This document shows positions 1 to 9,293 of a stretch of 64,000 bases of DNA, in pieces. The notes under the pieces were generated by a model. It did not search any database and was not told where the DNA came from. It saw only the letters and a program-made list of their open reading frames with translations. The DNA comes from Candidatus Sericytochromatia bacterium. Lineage in GTDB: Bacteria > Cyanobacteriota > Sericytochromatia > S15B-MN24 > UBA4093. The number at the start of each line of letters is the position of its first letter. Positions within the stretch are counted from its first letter, which is position 1. A program made the position numbers and the translations under genes. The stretch covers positions 48,576-112,575 of the forward strand of contig JAKFBU010000077.1 in the NCBI GenBank assembly GCA_036676985.1. Direction: 5' to 3'.

Positions 1-88
1 GGGCGTGTCCGAGGGGGAATCCGGGCGTTGACGCCGAACTCGATGGGAGTAGGCTGAGGTCGGCGCTTTAGAAACCAGGAGGCTCCCC

Positions 89-250
89 ATGAGCGATACC
101 CATCCGAAACCCGAGCCCGGGCGAAACGTCCCATACGAACCCTCGCGCGAGGAGCTGGGCCCCCAGTTCTTTGCGACCCTCACGGTGGGCCAGGGCGTCG
201 ACGACCGGACCGCCAAGGACGCGGGAGAGAACCCCGAGGCGCGGATCTAG
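89..250 (+). CDS. small hypothetical protein (53 aa)
   Basis: AGGAGG RBS upstream of ATG at 89; open frame MSDTHPKPEPGR...ARI to TAG at 248-250; below the ORF-track size cutoff. Confidence 0.45.
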   Translation: MSDTHPKPEPGRNVPYEPSREELGPQFFATLTVGQGVDDRTAKDAGENPEARI

Positions 251-334
251 ACCTCAGGCCCTTGGCTCAAGCAACCAATGTCTCGAATTGAAAGGCGCCC
301 CCGGATTCCCGGTGGCGCCTTCGACTTGGTCCGA

Positions 335-850
335 CTAGCGGCTCAGGATGCCCGTGGCGGTGGCCACCCACGCGGGATGTCGGGTTTCGAGCTGCTGCCA
401 CAAGGCGAGCACGTCCTCGGAAACGGCGCGCCGATCGGCGGCGGGCAGGTTCAGGACCCCTTCCGCCTTCTCTTGCTGGCTTCCCTGCTTGTGCAGGGCC
501 TGGCGCAGGGTGGGGTGCTCGGTGAGCAGCTCGCGGTACCAGCCGTTGACGTCCTCGGCGATCGCCCGCCGCTCCTTGGCCGGCAGCGCCTGATACGCCT
601 TGCCCAAGGAGTTGAGCTTGGTGGCCGTGACGGGGACCCAGGCCTCGGTCTTGGCCGCGACCTCGGGATACCGCTCGTGAAGCTTGGCCGCGAGCGCCGT
701 CTGGTCCTCGGGGGCGAGCTGGTGGTGCCGCATGGCCGCCGTGACGGCTTGATCCTTGGCGAAGGCCAGCGTGGCCGGCCCATAGGTGGCAAGGCCCCAG
801 GCGCCGCCGGCGGCAAGCGCGATCGCCAGGATCGCGGTACGTAAACGCAT
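335..850 (-). CDS. secreted/membrane-anchored helical hypothetical protein
   Basis: 171-aa ORF with hydrophobic N-terminus (MRLRTAILAIALAAGG) and internal repeat (LPAKERRAIAEDV / LPAADRRAVSEDV). Confidence 0.7.
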   Translation of the reverse strand: MRLRTAILAIALAAGGAWGLATYGPATLAFAKDQAVTAAMRHHQLAPEDQTALAAKLHERYPEVAAKTEAWVPVTATKLNSLGKAYQALPAKERRAIAEDVNGWYRELLTEHPTLRQALHKQGSQQEKAEGVLNLPAADRRAVSEDVLALWQQLETRHPAWVATATGILSR

Positions 851-883
851 GATTGCGCTCCTCTCTAGGCGAAAGGGCAGAGT

Positions 884-1786
884 CTACCGTGGTTCCGGGC
901 TGGTCACAACAAGGGAGTGACCGTCCGCCACGGCGGCTGCGGCCGGCTGCACCTGCGTGCGCCACACGAGGTAGAACGCGCACAGGATGATGAGCCCCGC
1001 ACCCGCCGCCCCCATCCAGGTGAGGCCTTCGCCGAGCATGAGCCACGCGGCCACTGCCGCCACCGGCGACTCGAGCAGGAAGACGACGCCCGCCACGTGC
1101 GGCGGATAGGAGCGCTGCACCCAGGGCTGGAGCACGAAGGCCAACAGCGTGCTGATGAGCGTCAGGTAGAGGAGACCGGCAATCGGCAGGAAGCCGAGGC
1201 TGCTGATGCTCGGCGGGCCCTCCATGAGCCAGGCGAACGGCAGGCCGATCACCCCGACGGCCATCACCTGGGCCAGGCCGAAGGAGAGCAGGTCGGGCAC
1301 GGTGCGGGTGCAGCGGTCGAGCCAGAGGATGTGGAGGGCGCTTGCGATCGCGCAGCCGAGCGTGAGCAGGTCGCCCACGTTGAGACCTGCCAGGTCGAGG
1401 TTGCACATGAGCCCCACGCCGACCAGGGCCAGCGTGAGGACGAGCCACTCGGCGGCCCGCACCCGGTGCCGCAGGAACAGGGCGCCGATGGTCGGGATGA
1501 ACATGGCGTAGGTCGCCGTGATGAAGGCGCTCTTGGCCACGGTCGTATACCCGAGACCCATGGTCTGCAGCGCGAGACACGTGAAGAGCAGCGCCCCCCC
1601 GATGAAGGCTTCCTTCCACGCGCCAAAGCGGCGCCACGGGAAGAACGGAGCCGCCAGGAGGCCCGCGAGCAGGAAGCGCAGCTCGGTGAGCCAGACGGGT
1701 TCCAGCCCCAAGAGCGCCCAACGCATGGCGATGAAGGCAATGCCCCATACGGTGGGGATCATGAACAGGGTCAATAACCGGAGCAC
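884..1786 (-). CDS. DMT/EamA family transporter
   Basis: 300 aa, ~10 hydrophobic helices, motifs VWGIAF, LRFLLA, GDLLTLGCA, LLESPVAA typical of EamA duplicates. Confidence 0.9.
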   Translation of the reverse strand: MLRLLTLFMIPTVWGIAFIAMRWALLGLEPVWLTELRFLLAGLLAAPFFPWRRFGAWKEAFIGGALLFTCLALQTMGLGYTTVAKSAFITATYAMFIPTIGALFLRHRVRAAEWLVLTLALVGVGLMCNLDLAGLNVGDLLTLGCAIASALHILWLDRCTRTVPDLLSFGLAQVMAVGVIGLPFAWLMEGPPSISSLGFLPIAGLLYLTLISTLLAFVLQPWVQRSYPPHVAGVVFLLESPVAAVAAWLMLGEGLTWMGAAGAGLIILCAFYLVWRTQVQPAAAAVADGHSLVVTSPEPR

Positions 1787-1941
1787 GGGTGCCTCCTAGC
1801 CATGGGCCTGTGCGCCAGCTTGCAACGGCCTTGTTTACTAGCTTAGCAGCTGCTCGAGAGGATTGCATCCCCGGCGGCAACCGGAAAGGTTCGACCCTCG
1901 GCGAGCGATAAGAAGACTACCCCCGGTACCTCGGAGCCACC

Positions 1942-2778
1942 ATGCCCAGAACGCTCGTCGCCGCCCTCCTGCTCGTCCTGCTCGCCGGCTGCAGCCATCC
2001 GCTGCCGAACGGCCTGGCGGGCGATCGCGCCACGGGGGCCACCGCGCACGATCGGGCCCTCGCTCCGAGCTACCGGTTCATCCTCGGCAAGCGTCGCCCC
2101 GAGCTCGCCCAGACCGCCTTTCTGGCGGCCATGGCGGCGCGCTGGCTGCCGGCCGTTACCGCCATGCAGGCCCCCGATGGCCTCACCGGCTACGTGTCGG
2201 CCGTGCCGCCCGCCGCCGAGACCGGCCTGCCGGACGAGGTGGCGCTTGCGGTCTACGCGTCCGAGGCCGCTTATCTGCGCACCTGGGACACGGCAGCCGG
2301 ACGGGACGCCACCACGCTCGCAGCGACCCTCTTCGACCCCACGAATACCCGTACGACGCGGGTCGTGCCGCTTCCGGGAGGCTTGGTCGCGGGGGACGCC
2401 TGCGATGCCCTCGGGGCCCCGGTCGACTGGCAGCAGGGCTTCACGACCTTCTTCATCGGCCGGCGGCACGACGACCTCTCCTCGGCCGACTTCCTGCGGA
2501 GCCTGCATGCCCAGGTGGACCGCGAGCGCGCCGCCTTCGGCCCCCATGGCCTGCGCGGCTACGTCTTCATGGCGACCCGGGATCACAAGCTCTCGTTCAT
2601 GAACTGGCCCGACATGGCCACCTTCGGCCGGGCCATGGCCTCACCCGAGGGACAGGAGGTGGCCGCCGACTCCAGGCGCCTCATGCGCACGGTGCAGTTC
2701 GCGGGTGCCACGGGCTTCCGCGGGACGGTCGAGGCCGGCAAGGCGGTCCGGCTGGAAGGAGCGGGGCTGGACCCGTAG
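1942..2778 (+). CDS. lipoprotein of unknown function (possible C-terminal dimeric alpha/beta barrel, EthD-like)
   Basis: lipobox LLAGC; RRHDDLSSADFL segment reminiscent of EthD-like proteins. Confidence 0.6.
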   Translation: MPRTLVAALLLVLLAGCSHPLPNGLAGDRATGATAHDRALAPSYRFILGKRRPELAQTAFLAAMAARWLPAVTAMQAPDGLTGYVSAVPPAAETGLPDEVALAVYASEAAYLRTWDTAAGRDATTLAATLFDPTNTRTTRVVPLPGGLVAGDACDALGAPVDWQQGFTTFFIGRRHDDLSSADFLRSLHAQVDRERAAFGPHGLRGYVFMATRDHKLSFMNWPDMATFGRAMASPEGQEVAADSRRLMRTVQFAGATGFRGTVEAGKAVRLEGAGLDP

Positions 2779-2782
2779 CCCC

Positions 2783-3424
2783 CTACGCCTCGCCGTGGGT
2801 GAGCATGTAGGTCAGCTGCTGGAGCTCGCTCGTGATGTCGACGCTGCGGACGATGACGCCCTCCGGGGCCGTGAGGGCCACCGGCGAGAAGTTGAGCACC
2901 GCCTTGACCCCGGCCGCCACGACCCGGTCGAGGGCCGACTGGGCCTGATCGGCCGGCACCGTGAGGATGGCGATGTCGAGGGGCGTTTCGGCGGCGACGG
3001 CTTCGAGCTCGTCCAGGGACCGGACCTTGAGCCCGCCGATGGGCTTGCCGACGACGTCGGGTGAGACGTCGAAGACTCCGCGCAGCACCATGGAACTGCC
3101 CGGAAAGCCCGGATAGCGGGCGAGCGCCGTGCCGAGCGAGCCCGCGCCCATCACCGCGAGCGACCACTCTCGATCGAGCCCCAGGACCTCGGAGGTGACC
3201 CTCAGGAGGGTATCCACCTCGTACCCGAGTCCCGGACGGCCCAGGAGGGCCAGGTAGGAGAAGTCGCGCCGGAGCTGGGCGTCGCTCACGCTGAGCCGTG
3301 AGGCCAGCTCTCTGGAGGAGACGACCCGCTCACCGGCGTCGTGCATGGCTTGCAGCTCATGCCGGTAGCCGGGCAGCCTGGCCAGCGTCTCCTGCGGTAA
3401 CCGGCGGCGGATATTTCCCCACAT
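2783..3424 (-). CDS. rex: redox-sensing transcriptional repressor Rex
   Basis: RLPGY, VSSRELA, QLRRDFSY, GRPGLGY, Rossmann GAGSLGTAL, VLNFSP motifs. Confidence 0.95.
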   Translation of the reverse strand: MWGNIRRRLPQETLARLPGYRHELQAMHDAGERVVSSRELASRLSVSDAQLRRDFSYLALLGRPGLGYEVDTLLRVTSEVLGLDREWSLAVMGAGSLGTALARYPGFPGSSMVLRGVFDVSPDVVGKPIGGLKVRSLDELEAVAAETPLDIAILTVPADQAQSALDRVVAAGVKAVLNFSPVALTAPEGVIVRSVDITSELQQLTYMLTHGEA

Positions 3425-3579
3425 GCGCCCTCACATCGTCGTGCGTGCGTCTACAAACTGGAAAGTGTAGCAGACTTGCGGCCCAGTTCAAAGGGAGGGC
3501 TGCGGGGAACCCCTGAAGTCCACCTGACTCCGGACATTTCGGCTATATCGGGGCGATCTTTTGGCGGTCTGCGGCAAAC

Positions 3580-3673
3580 TACCTAAGTATCCGTGCTCAA
3601 TACGTAAACTTGAATAATATTGGCTAATAATCGCTGTTTTAATTCATTCGTACGGAGAAATACGGAATACGTC
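3580..3673 (+). promoter_or_regulatory. AT-rich promoter region with repeated TACG(G/T)A-type boxes upstream of cytochrome operon
   Basis: TACCTAAGTAT (3580-3590) and CGGAGAAATACGGAATACGTC (3653-3673); similar pair occurs inverted at 7035-7122. Confidence 0.4.
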
Positions 3674-3837
3674 CCCTGTAATGCCAATTATTCTCTTTTT
3701 CGTCGGGTGTCAGGTCTCCAGCCAGGTTGTTGGCTGGATGCTTAGCGGGCAAGTGCCTGCATTCACCCATCCGCTGCGTCACCAGCGGGAAGGACCTCGA
3801 ACCTCTTGAGAACCCCCATTGCGGTAGGAGAACGTCC

Positions 3838-4782
3838 ATGAAGAAACTCTTAACGGTGGCTGCTGGTCTCGCCGTGGCCACGGCCGTCGGCTGCACCGCG
3901 CAGCAAGTCGCCACGACCCCCGATAGCACTTCCAGCATCCTGTCCTGGTCCCTGACCAACCCTCCGACGGGTGCTGCGGTCCAGGGTGCCACGCTTTACG
4001 TCATGCTGGCGCCGGAGCTCGATCGCGAGGGCGCCGACATCATCTCGAAGAAGAACGGTTTCACCAAGGTCGAACTGCTCAAGCCAGACGGCACCGTCTT
4101 CAAGACGGCGACCCTCAAGAGCACCCAGTCCGCCGAGGTCAGCCTCACAGGCCTGACGACCATGGCCGACTACTTCCTGCGCTTCAACGGCAAGAACGAG
4201 GCCCTGGTGCCGACCCGCATCATGGACCCGGCTCAGCCGATCTTCCAGTACGTGGGCGCTCGGCTGCAGCGCTCGGTCATCGGTGACCTCAGCGATCCGA
4301 CCTTCGTCATCAAGGTCTACAGCCAGGCGACCATGGGGGCACACTACGGCAAGGATGCCAAGGGCGTCGTCAAGTTCACGGACGGCAAGCCCACGAGTCA
4401 GTACTCCTACTTCGTCTCGTGGCCCAAGAGCATGCCCCGCGGCAGCGACTGGGCGGAGCTCGGCACGGGCAAGCGCCTCGGTTTCAAGACCGCCAGCACC
4501 AAGCACGAGCATGACTACCATGGCTGGATCCTGGGTGACAACAACCACGGCAAGATCCAGCAGGGCCAGAAGGAGTACTGCAACACCTGCCACGGCCCCA
4601 ACCTGACCAATGCGGTCTCGACCGAATACAACGCCACGCCGAGCTTCGATACGGACGGCAGCGTCAAGTGGGACAAGGGCGTCACCTCGTGGTGGGGCAC
4701 CAGCACGTCCAAGGGCTTCTGCTTCAAGTGCCACTACGGTCCGGAAGGCGATCGTACCGGCCTGGTCGACCCCACCAAGTAA
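3838..4782 (+). CDS. diheme c-type cytochrome lipoprotein
   Basis: AGGAG RBS, ATG 3838, lipobox TAVGC, two CxxCH motifs (CNTCH, CFKCH) and His-rich segment KHEHDYHGW. Confidence 0.8.
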   Translation: MKKLLTVAAGLAVATAVGCTAQQVATTPDSTSSILSWSLTNPPTGAAVQGATLYVMLAPELDREGADIISKKNGFTKVELLKPDGTVFKTATLKSTQSAEVSLTGLTTMADYFLRFNGKNEALVPTRIMDPAQPIFQYVGARLQRSVIGDLSDPTFVIKVYSQATMGAHYGKDAKGVVKFTDGKPTSQYSYFVSWPKSMPRGSDWAELGTGKRLGFKTASTKHEHDYHGWILGDNNHGKIQQGQKEYCNTCHGPNLTNAVSTEYNATPSFDTDGSVKWDKGVTSWWGTSTSKGFCFKCHYGPEGDRTGLVDPTK

Positions 4783-4816
4783 GCGCGCCTGGCTTGAGAT
4801 TAGAGGATAGAGACAC

Positions 4817-5704
4817 ATGAAAATGCGCATGTACGCCATGGCCGCCACGCTGACGGGGCTGACCATGATCATCGGTTGCACCGGCAACCCCTCGGGGACG
4901 AACAATGCCACCCCGACGCCCGGCCCGACGGCGTCGCCGACCGCGGCCCCCCAGAACGTCGTGACGAGCTGGGATCCCCTGCCCTTCACCGGCTTCCCCG
5001 CCGATGCGACCCTGACCGGCCGGCTGGTCGAGCACGGCAAGGCCCCCCGCGATACCTGGACCGTCCAGTATCGCGTCTCGCGCACTTCCAGCGGCACCAA
5101 CGTCAACGAGGTCGCCCAGTCGGGCGGCAACGGCTACTTCTGGTTCAAGACGAGCCAGACAGGCAAGTCCAACTATGTCTACGTCTTCAAGGGCTATCCC
5201 TATGCCGAACACGAGGTCCACAACCTTTTGGCCTCGATGAATAGCAAGGAGGTCACGCTACCCGCGACCCTTGATGCCAACAACCCGCTGGCGACCATCG
5301 ACATGACCTGGGATGGCGCACTCTTGAAGCCCAAGATCGGCACGGCTATCAACTACGAGGGTGTCAAGTTCGAGTGGCCGGTGCCGGCTGCCTGCCCGAA
5401 CGCCACCTACAGCATCGATATCGCCCTGCAACACGATACGCGGAGCTATCTGTATCGCTCCATTTGGGACCCCGCGAACAAGGGCGGCCTGTCGACCAAC
5501 AGCTTCACGTGGGACGGCAAGATCAATGCGCCCAATCCCTTCAAGGACCGCGAGACCGGGGCCATCCTCGGCGACTGGAATGGCAAGGTGGCCAGTCAGG
5601 ATATCGCGGTGATCATCAACTTCGGGACCGACAAGCACCTGGCCAGCAACGTGGCGACCGAATCGTGGGGCACTTCGCGTGCGTTGTACTTCAACAAACT
5701 GTAG
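4817..5704 (+). CDS. lipoprotein of unknown function, beta-rich, Pro/Thr linker
   Basis: lipobox MIIGC, PTPGPTASPT linker, co-oriented 34 bp after cytochrome gene. Confidence 0.75.
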   Translation: MKMRMYAMAATLTGLTMIIGCTGNPSGTNNATPTPGPTASPTAAPQNVVTSWDPLPFTGFPADATLTGRLVEHGKAPRDTWTVQYRVSRTSSGTNVNEVAQSGGNGYFWFKTSQTGKSNYVYVFKGYPYAEHEVHNLLASMNSKEVTLPATLDANNPLATIDMTWDGALLKPKIGTAINYEGVKFEWPVPAACPNATYSIDIALQHDTRSYLYRSIWDPANKGGLSTNSFTWDGKINAPNPFKDRETGAILGDWNGKVASQDIAVIINFGTDKHLASNVATESWGTSRALYFNKL

Positions 5705-5935
5705 GCGATAAAACCTAGCGCCTCACTGCCGGCAGGAGCAGGCATCATAGCGAGCGGTGGACGGTTGACGTCCACCGCTCGCTTTCTCGGTCACAAACGC
5801 AGCCGGCACGCGAGCCCGCAGGGGGAGCCATGATCGCCACTTCCGGACCAGGGGAATCCCGATGTCTAGGAGCAAAATCAGGGCCTTCCTTACCGACGAT
5901 CTGCAACGTTCTATCGCATGAGTCCGCTGGCCCCC

Positions 5936-6061
5936 AGAGGGTGTTTGGAAAGGGCTGTGAAGCAGTGGGACGGGCCTCCGTGCCTGTCTCTGGACGGCCC
6001 ACGGGGGAAGTCAGGCAGGGACGCCTGACCTACACGCCAAAGAGCTTTCCTAACGCCCTCT
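5936..6061. mobile_element. MITE-like element copy 1 with ~17-bp terminal inverted repeats and internal REP-like hairpins
   Basis: AGAGGGTGTTTGGAAAG ... CTTTCCTAACGCCCTCT ends; internal GTGGGACGGGCCTCCGTGCCTGTC and GTCAGGCAGGGACGCCTGACC; similar to 8730-8862. Confidence 0.7.
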
Positions 6062-6146
6062 CAGGACCCGGAGGCTCACGTCAAAAGAGGCCGTGGCATT
6101 GCCACGGCCTCTGGTCCATTGCCGGCTATTTCATCCGGCGTTCGTT

Positions 6147-6932
6147 TTAGAAGGTCGTCTCGTCGTCCGGCGTGCCGGCGTTGTACCAGTCCTTGACGTT
6201 CTGGATCTGCTGCGGGGTGAGGAACGAGGTGGACTTGTTCAACATGCCGAGCATCACCGTCTTCTTGCCTTTGACCGAGTAGTAGTTCGTGGAGTCGATG
6301 GTGCCGATCCCTTCGGCCACATGGCAGGTGTTGCACGAAGCATGACCGAGCACGGGCTGGACGTCGGTCGACCAGGTTCGCGTCTTGGGCGCGTTGGGGT
6401 CCGTGGAGGCGACCGGCTGCGGAGCGTTGGGATCGGGCCCCTCGTGGCACTTGAAGCACGTCGTCGAGCCCACCGGGCTCGGCGGGATGCTGCCGTCGGC
6501 GGCCTTCTCGGTCGTGTGGCAGATGTTGCACGACTTGCCGTTGACCAGCGCCACCTTGTAGCCGCCCGCCTTGGTCGTGAAGGCTCCGTGCTCGGCCTTC
6601 CAGCCGGTCAGGTGCGGATTGCCGCTGGGGCCGCCGGCATGACAGGTGTAGCAGGTGTTGGTCGCGCCCTTGCTGGCCGCGATCGTCTTGTCCGCGCCCT
6701 GGGTCGAGGTGTGGCAGACGTTGCAGGACATGCCATTGTCGACCGTGGCCTTCTCGGGGCCGCCCATGGCCTGGACCTTCTTGCCGTGATCGTCTACCCA
6801 GTTGGCCGGGTGCTGGTTGGCCACCGGGAAGAGCGCGGGGAAGACCGAGCAGCCCGCCGCGATCGCGAGCGGCAGCCCCAACAAGGCGGCCTGGGAAATC
6901 TTCCGGATAATGCTGGTGTTGCGCGTTTTCAT
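6147..6932 (-). CDS. pentaheme c-type cytochrome lipoprotein
   Basis: lipobox IAAGC; five CxxCH (CNVCH, CYTCH, CNICH, CFKCH, CNTCH); repeated H-x3-W-x3-HG units; C-terminal TWSTDVQPVL..CNTCH resembles Planctomycete-type cytochrome c domain. Confidence 0.88.
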   Translation of the reverse strand: MKTRNTSIIRKISQAALLGLPLAIAAGCSVFPALFPVANQHPANWVDDHGKKVQAMGGPEKATVDNGMSCNVCHTSTQGADKTIAASKGATNTCYTCHAGGPSGNPHLTGWKAEHGAFTTKAGGYKVALVNGKSCNICHTTEKAADGSIPPSPVGSTTCFKCHEGPDPNAPQPVASTDPNAPKTRTWSTDVQPVLGHASCNTCHVAEGIGTIDSTNYYSVKGKKTVMLGMLNKSTSFLTPQQIQNVKDWYNAGTPDDETTF

Positions 6933-7313
6933 CGCCTTGCCACCTCATGTGCGGGCGGCCGTCCCCACCAAGGGCGGGCCGCCGTCTCGGGAGCGTACTG
7001 AGAAGTGTCTCCAGTATTCACGGATCGCCGGAACCACGTATCCGTAATCTCTACGCTCTCAACGGCGTTTCAATGCAGATTAGAGGAGACTAATCGGGTA
7101 GTCGGGGTGAAATACGTAGGTATGAACTCGGTATAGGGGTTTTTCGTTCCAATTTACATGAGATAGGCGTTACTTTCGGAAAAATACCGAACTTTCGCCA
7201 ATCTATTGCGACTAGGCGATTACAGTGCTTAGTATTGAGGCATCACGTCGCGGGTCACCGGTACAACGGCGAGTTGCCTCGGGGAATCGGCCTAATTCAG
7301 AGAGGGTTCCACA

Positions 7314-8018
7314 GTGAGAAAGCAGACCAGATTCATAGCGGGCCTGGTGGGGGCGGCCTTGCTCGCCCAGGCGGTGGGCGCCCTTCCGGCGCAGGCCGAG
7401 GAGTTCGCCCTGACGTCCACGGAGCGCGAGCAGGTCGTGCTCGTCGCCGGCGGCACGTCTCTGATGAGCGAGCCCATCCTCCTGGGGGCGACCCCCCTGT
7501 CGGTGGCAGCCGCTGCTGCCGCGAGCGATCCCGAGTGGGCCGACCTGGCCATCCCGCCCGATCCCGAGGCCGAGGCAAAGCTGGCGCAGGGCCACCTGCG
7601 AGAGAACATGTCGCTCGCGCACCTCCTGCTCGGCAGCGCGACCCTCGGGTTGCTGACCGGCGCCGGCATCACGGGCGTCATGCTCGTGAAGCAGAATGAC
7701 CCCAACATCCGCCTCCTGCACCAGGCCACGGTGGGCGTGGGCACGCTCACCTACCTCGCGGACGGCGCCCTGATGCTCTTCGCCCCGAAGCCCTACAAGA
7801 CCAAGGGTGAGGCCAACCTGAGCAACATCGACTACCACCGGTACCTCTTCTACCTGCATCTGGCGGGCATGACCTCGGCCGTCGTCACCGGGCTCATCGC
7901 GACCCGGCTCTGGAACCTCGACCCGTCGCTCGACATCCGTCGGACCCACCCGGCGATCGGCGGGGCCGCCATTGGCCTCATCGGCGTCTCGGCCGTCGTG
8001 ATGGCCCTCAACTTCTAG
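7314..8018 (+). CDS. exported integral membrane protein with His-bearing helices (possible heme b carrier)
   Basis: signal peptide (..AQA EE), ~4 TM segments each beginning near a His (LAHLL, LLHQA, YHRYLFYLH, THPAIG). Confidence 0.7.
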   Translation: MRKQTRFIAGLVGAALLAQAVGALPAQAEEFALTSTEREQVVLVAGGTSLMSEPILLGATPLSVAAAAAASDPEWADLAIPPDPEAEAKLAQGHLRENMSLAHLLLGSATLGLLTGAGITGVMLVKQNDPNIRLLHQATVGVGTLTYLADGALMLFAPKPYKTKGEANLSNIDYHRYLFYLHLAGMTSAVVTGLIATRLWNLDPSLDIRRTHPAIGGAAIGLIGVSAVVMALNF

Positions 8019-8028
8019 GAGGCTCCTG

Positions 8029-8607
8029 ATGAAAGCGCTAATCGCCGGTCTCGGTCTGGGGCTCCTCCTGGCAGCCCCCGCCTTTGCCGAGACCTACACG
8101 TTCACGGACAAGAGCAAGGTGACGTTCGTCGCCACCGCCCCCATGCGCTGGAACGGCGTTCACGGCACGTCCCACGACGTTCGGGGCAAGATCGAGGTCC
8201 CTGCCGGCAAGTTCGAGCAGGCCCTGGTGGGCATCGCCATTCCCATCGTCTCGTTCGAGGCCAAGAGCGGCATGGATCAGCACGCCTTCACGGCGCTCGA
8301 GGCGGCCAAGCACCCGGCGGTCATGTTCCGCGGCAAGAGCATCGTCATCGACACGAAGACCGAGACTCCCGAAGGCGTCCGGTTGGCAGGCAAGATCAAC
8401 GGCCTGTTGAACTTCCATGGGGTGGTGCAGCCGATCACGGCCCCGTTCACGGTCGTCCAGGGGGCCACGGAGAGCACCATCGAGTCGGAGTTCAAGGTGT
8501 CGCTCTCGGCGCACAAGGTCCCGCCCATCCGGGTCACGATCATCGAGGTCGACGATCCGGTCACCATCCACCTGAAGCTGGTGGCCGTCAAGCAGTCGGT
8601 CCAGTAG
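8029..8607 (+). CDS. YceI family protein
   Basis: signal peptide, SKVTF, LEAAKHPAVMF, GLLNFHGVVQPI motifs of YceI beta-barrel. Confidence 0.85.
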   Translation: MKALIAGLGLGLLLAAPAFAETYTFTDKSKVTFVATAPMRWNGVHGTSHDVRGKIEVPAGKFEQALVGIAIPIVSFEAKSGMDQHAFTALEAAKHPAVMFRGKSIVIDTKTETPEGVRLAGKINGLLNFHGVVQPITAPFTVVQGATESTIESEFKVSLSAHKVPPIRVTIIEVDDPVTIHLKLVAVKQSVQ

Positions 8608-8618
8608 TTCCAGCTAAC

Positions 8619-8648
8619 AGCGGCCCCCCTGCACGCAGGGGGGCCGCT
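8619..8648 (+). terminator. intrinsic terminator hairpin after yceI-like gene
   Basis: AGCGGCCCCCCTGC-ac-GCAGGGGGGCCGCT perfect stem. Confidence 0.75.
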
Positions 8649-8729
8649 TCATTGTTGACGGGGGCTTGAGGCCAGTTGAGGCGTTGTGCAGGCAATCACT
8701 CGAGACCCAGGATCATCCCGTTCACCCCG

Positions 8730-8862
8730 AGAGGGTGTATGGAAAGTACTTGGAGCCAGTGGGACAGGCCTCCGCGCCTGTCTCAGGGTGGCCCTACAAG
8801 GGCGTCAGGCAGGGACGCCTGGCCCACTGAGCCAAATCTTCCGGCCTTTTCAGACACCCTCT
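8730..8862. mobile_element. MITE-like element copy 2
   Basis: AGAGGGTGTATGGAAAG ... CTTTTCAGACACCCTCT ends; internal GTGGGACAGGCCTCCGCGCCTGTC and GTCAGGCAGGGACGCCTGGCCCAC. Confidence 0.7.
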
Positions 8863-8883
8863 TGGGGAGAGCGGTTCCTTTTC

Positions 8884-9069
8884 CTAAGGGTGCAGGTAGC
8901 GCAGCACCTGCTTGACCGCCGAGCGCTCCCGGAGGCGCTTCAGGGGGGCGGCAATCATGGCCTCGAAGGTCGAGACGTCGTCCAGTTCGCGCTGCCAGGT
9001 ATGAGGAGCGCATGCGGTCACGCTGGACGGAGTTGCGGACATGAGCAGAGAAAGCATATGGGCATGCAT
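8884..9069 (-). CDS. small hypothetical protein (61 aa)
   Basis: AAGGAGG RBS upstream of ATG; open frame. Confidence 0.4.
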   Translation of the reverse strand: MHAHMLSLLMSATPSSVTACAPHTWQRELDDVSTFEAMIAAPLKRLRERSAVKQVLRYLHP

Positions 9070-9293
9070 GGAAAGCCCTCCTTTACGACATCTAGGCGTT
9101 AGAGGATGGGTTTCGCGTGGCTGCTACCGGGTACCGGCGGTATCCCGTTCGGTTATCCCACCCGAACGTCATGGACGCTCTATAGCTTCCACGGTACCAA
9201 GGGCCAAGGTGTATAGTCCTAATACCAAGTAATCAGGAGTTTAAGGATAGGTTAAATCGGCAGAGTGTCTGGCATAGCGGACCTCGCATCGCC

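Noticed and set aside
3425-3837. Canonical Rex operator between rex and cytochrome operon
   Set aside because: No TTGTGAA-N4-TTCACAA-like palindrome is seen.
8612-8648. GCTAACAGCGGCCCCCC hairpin resembling tRNA-downstream sequence
   Set aside because: It lacks the GCGCGC centre and the core; it is an ordinary terminator after yceI.
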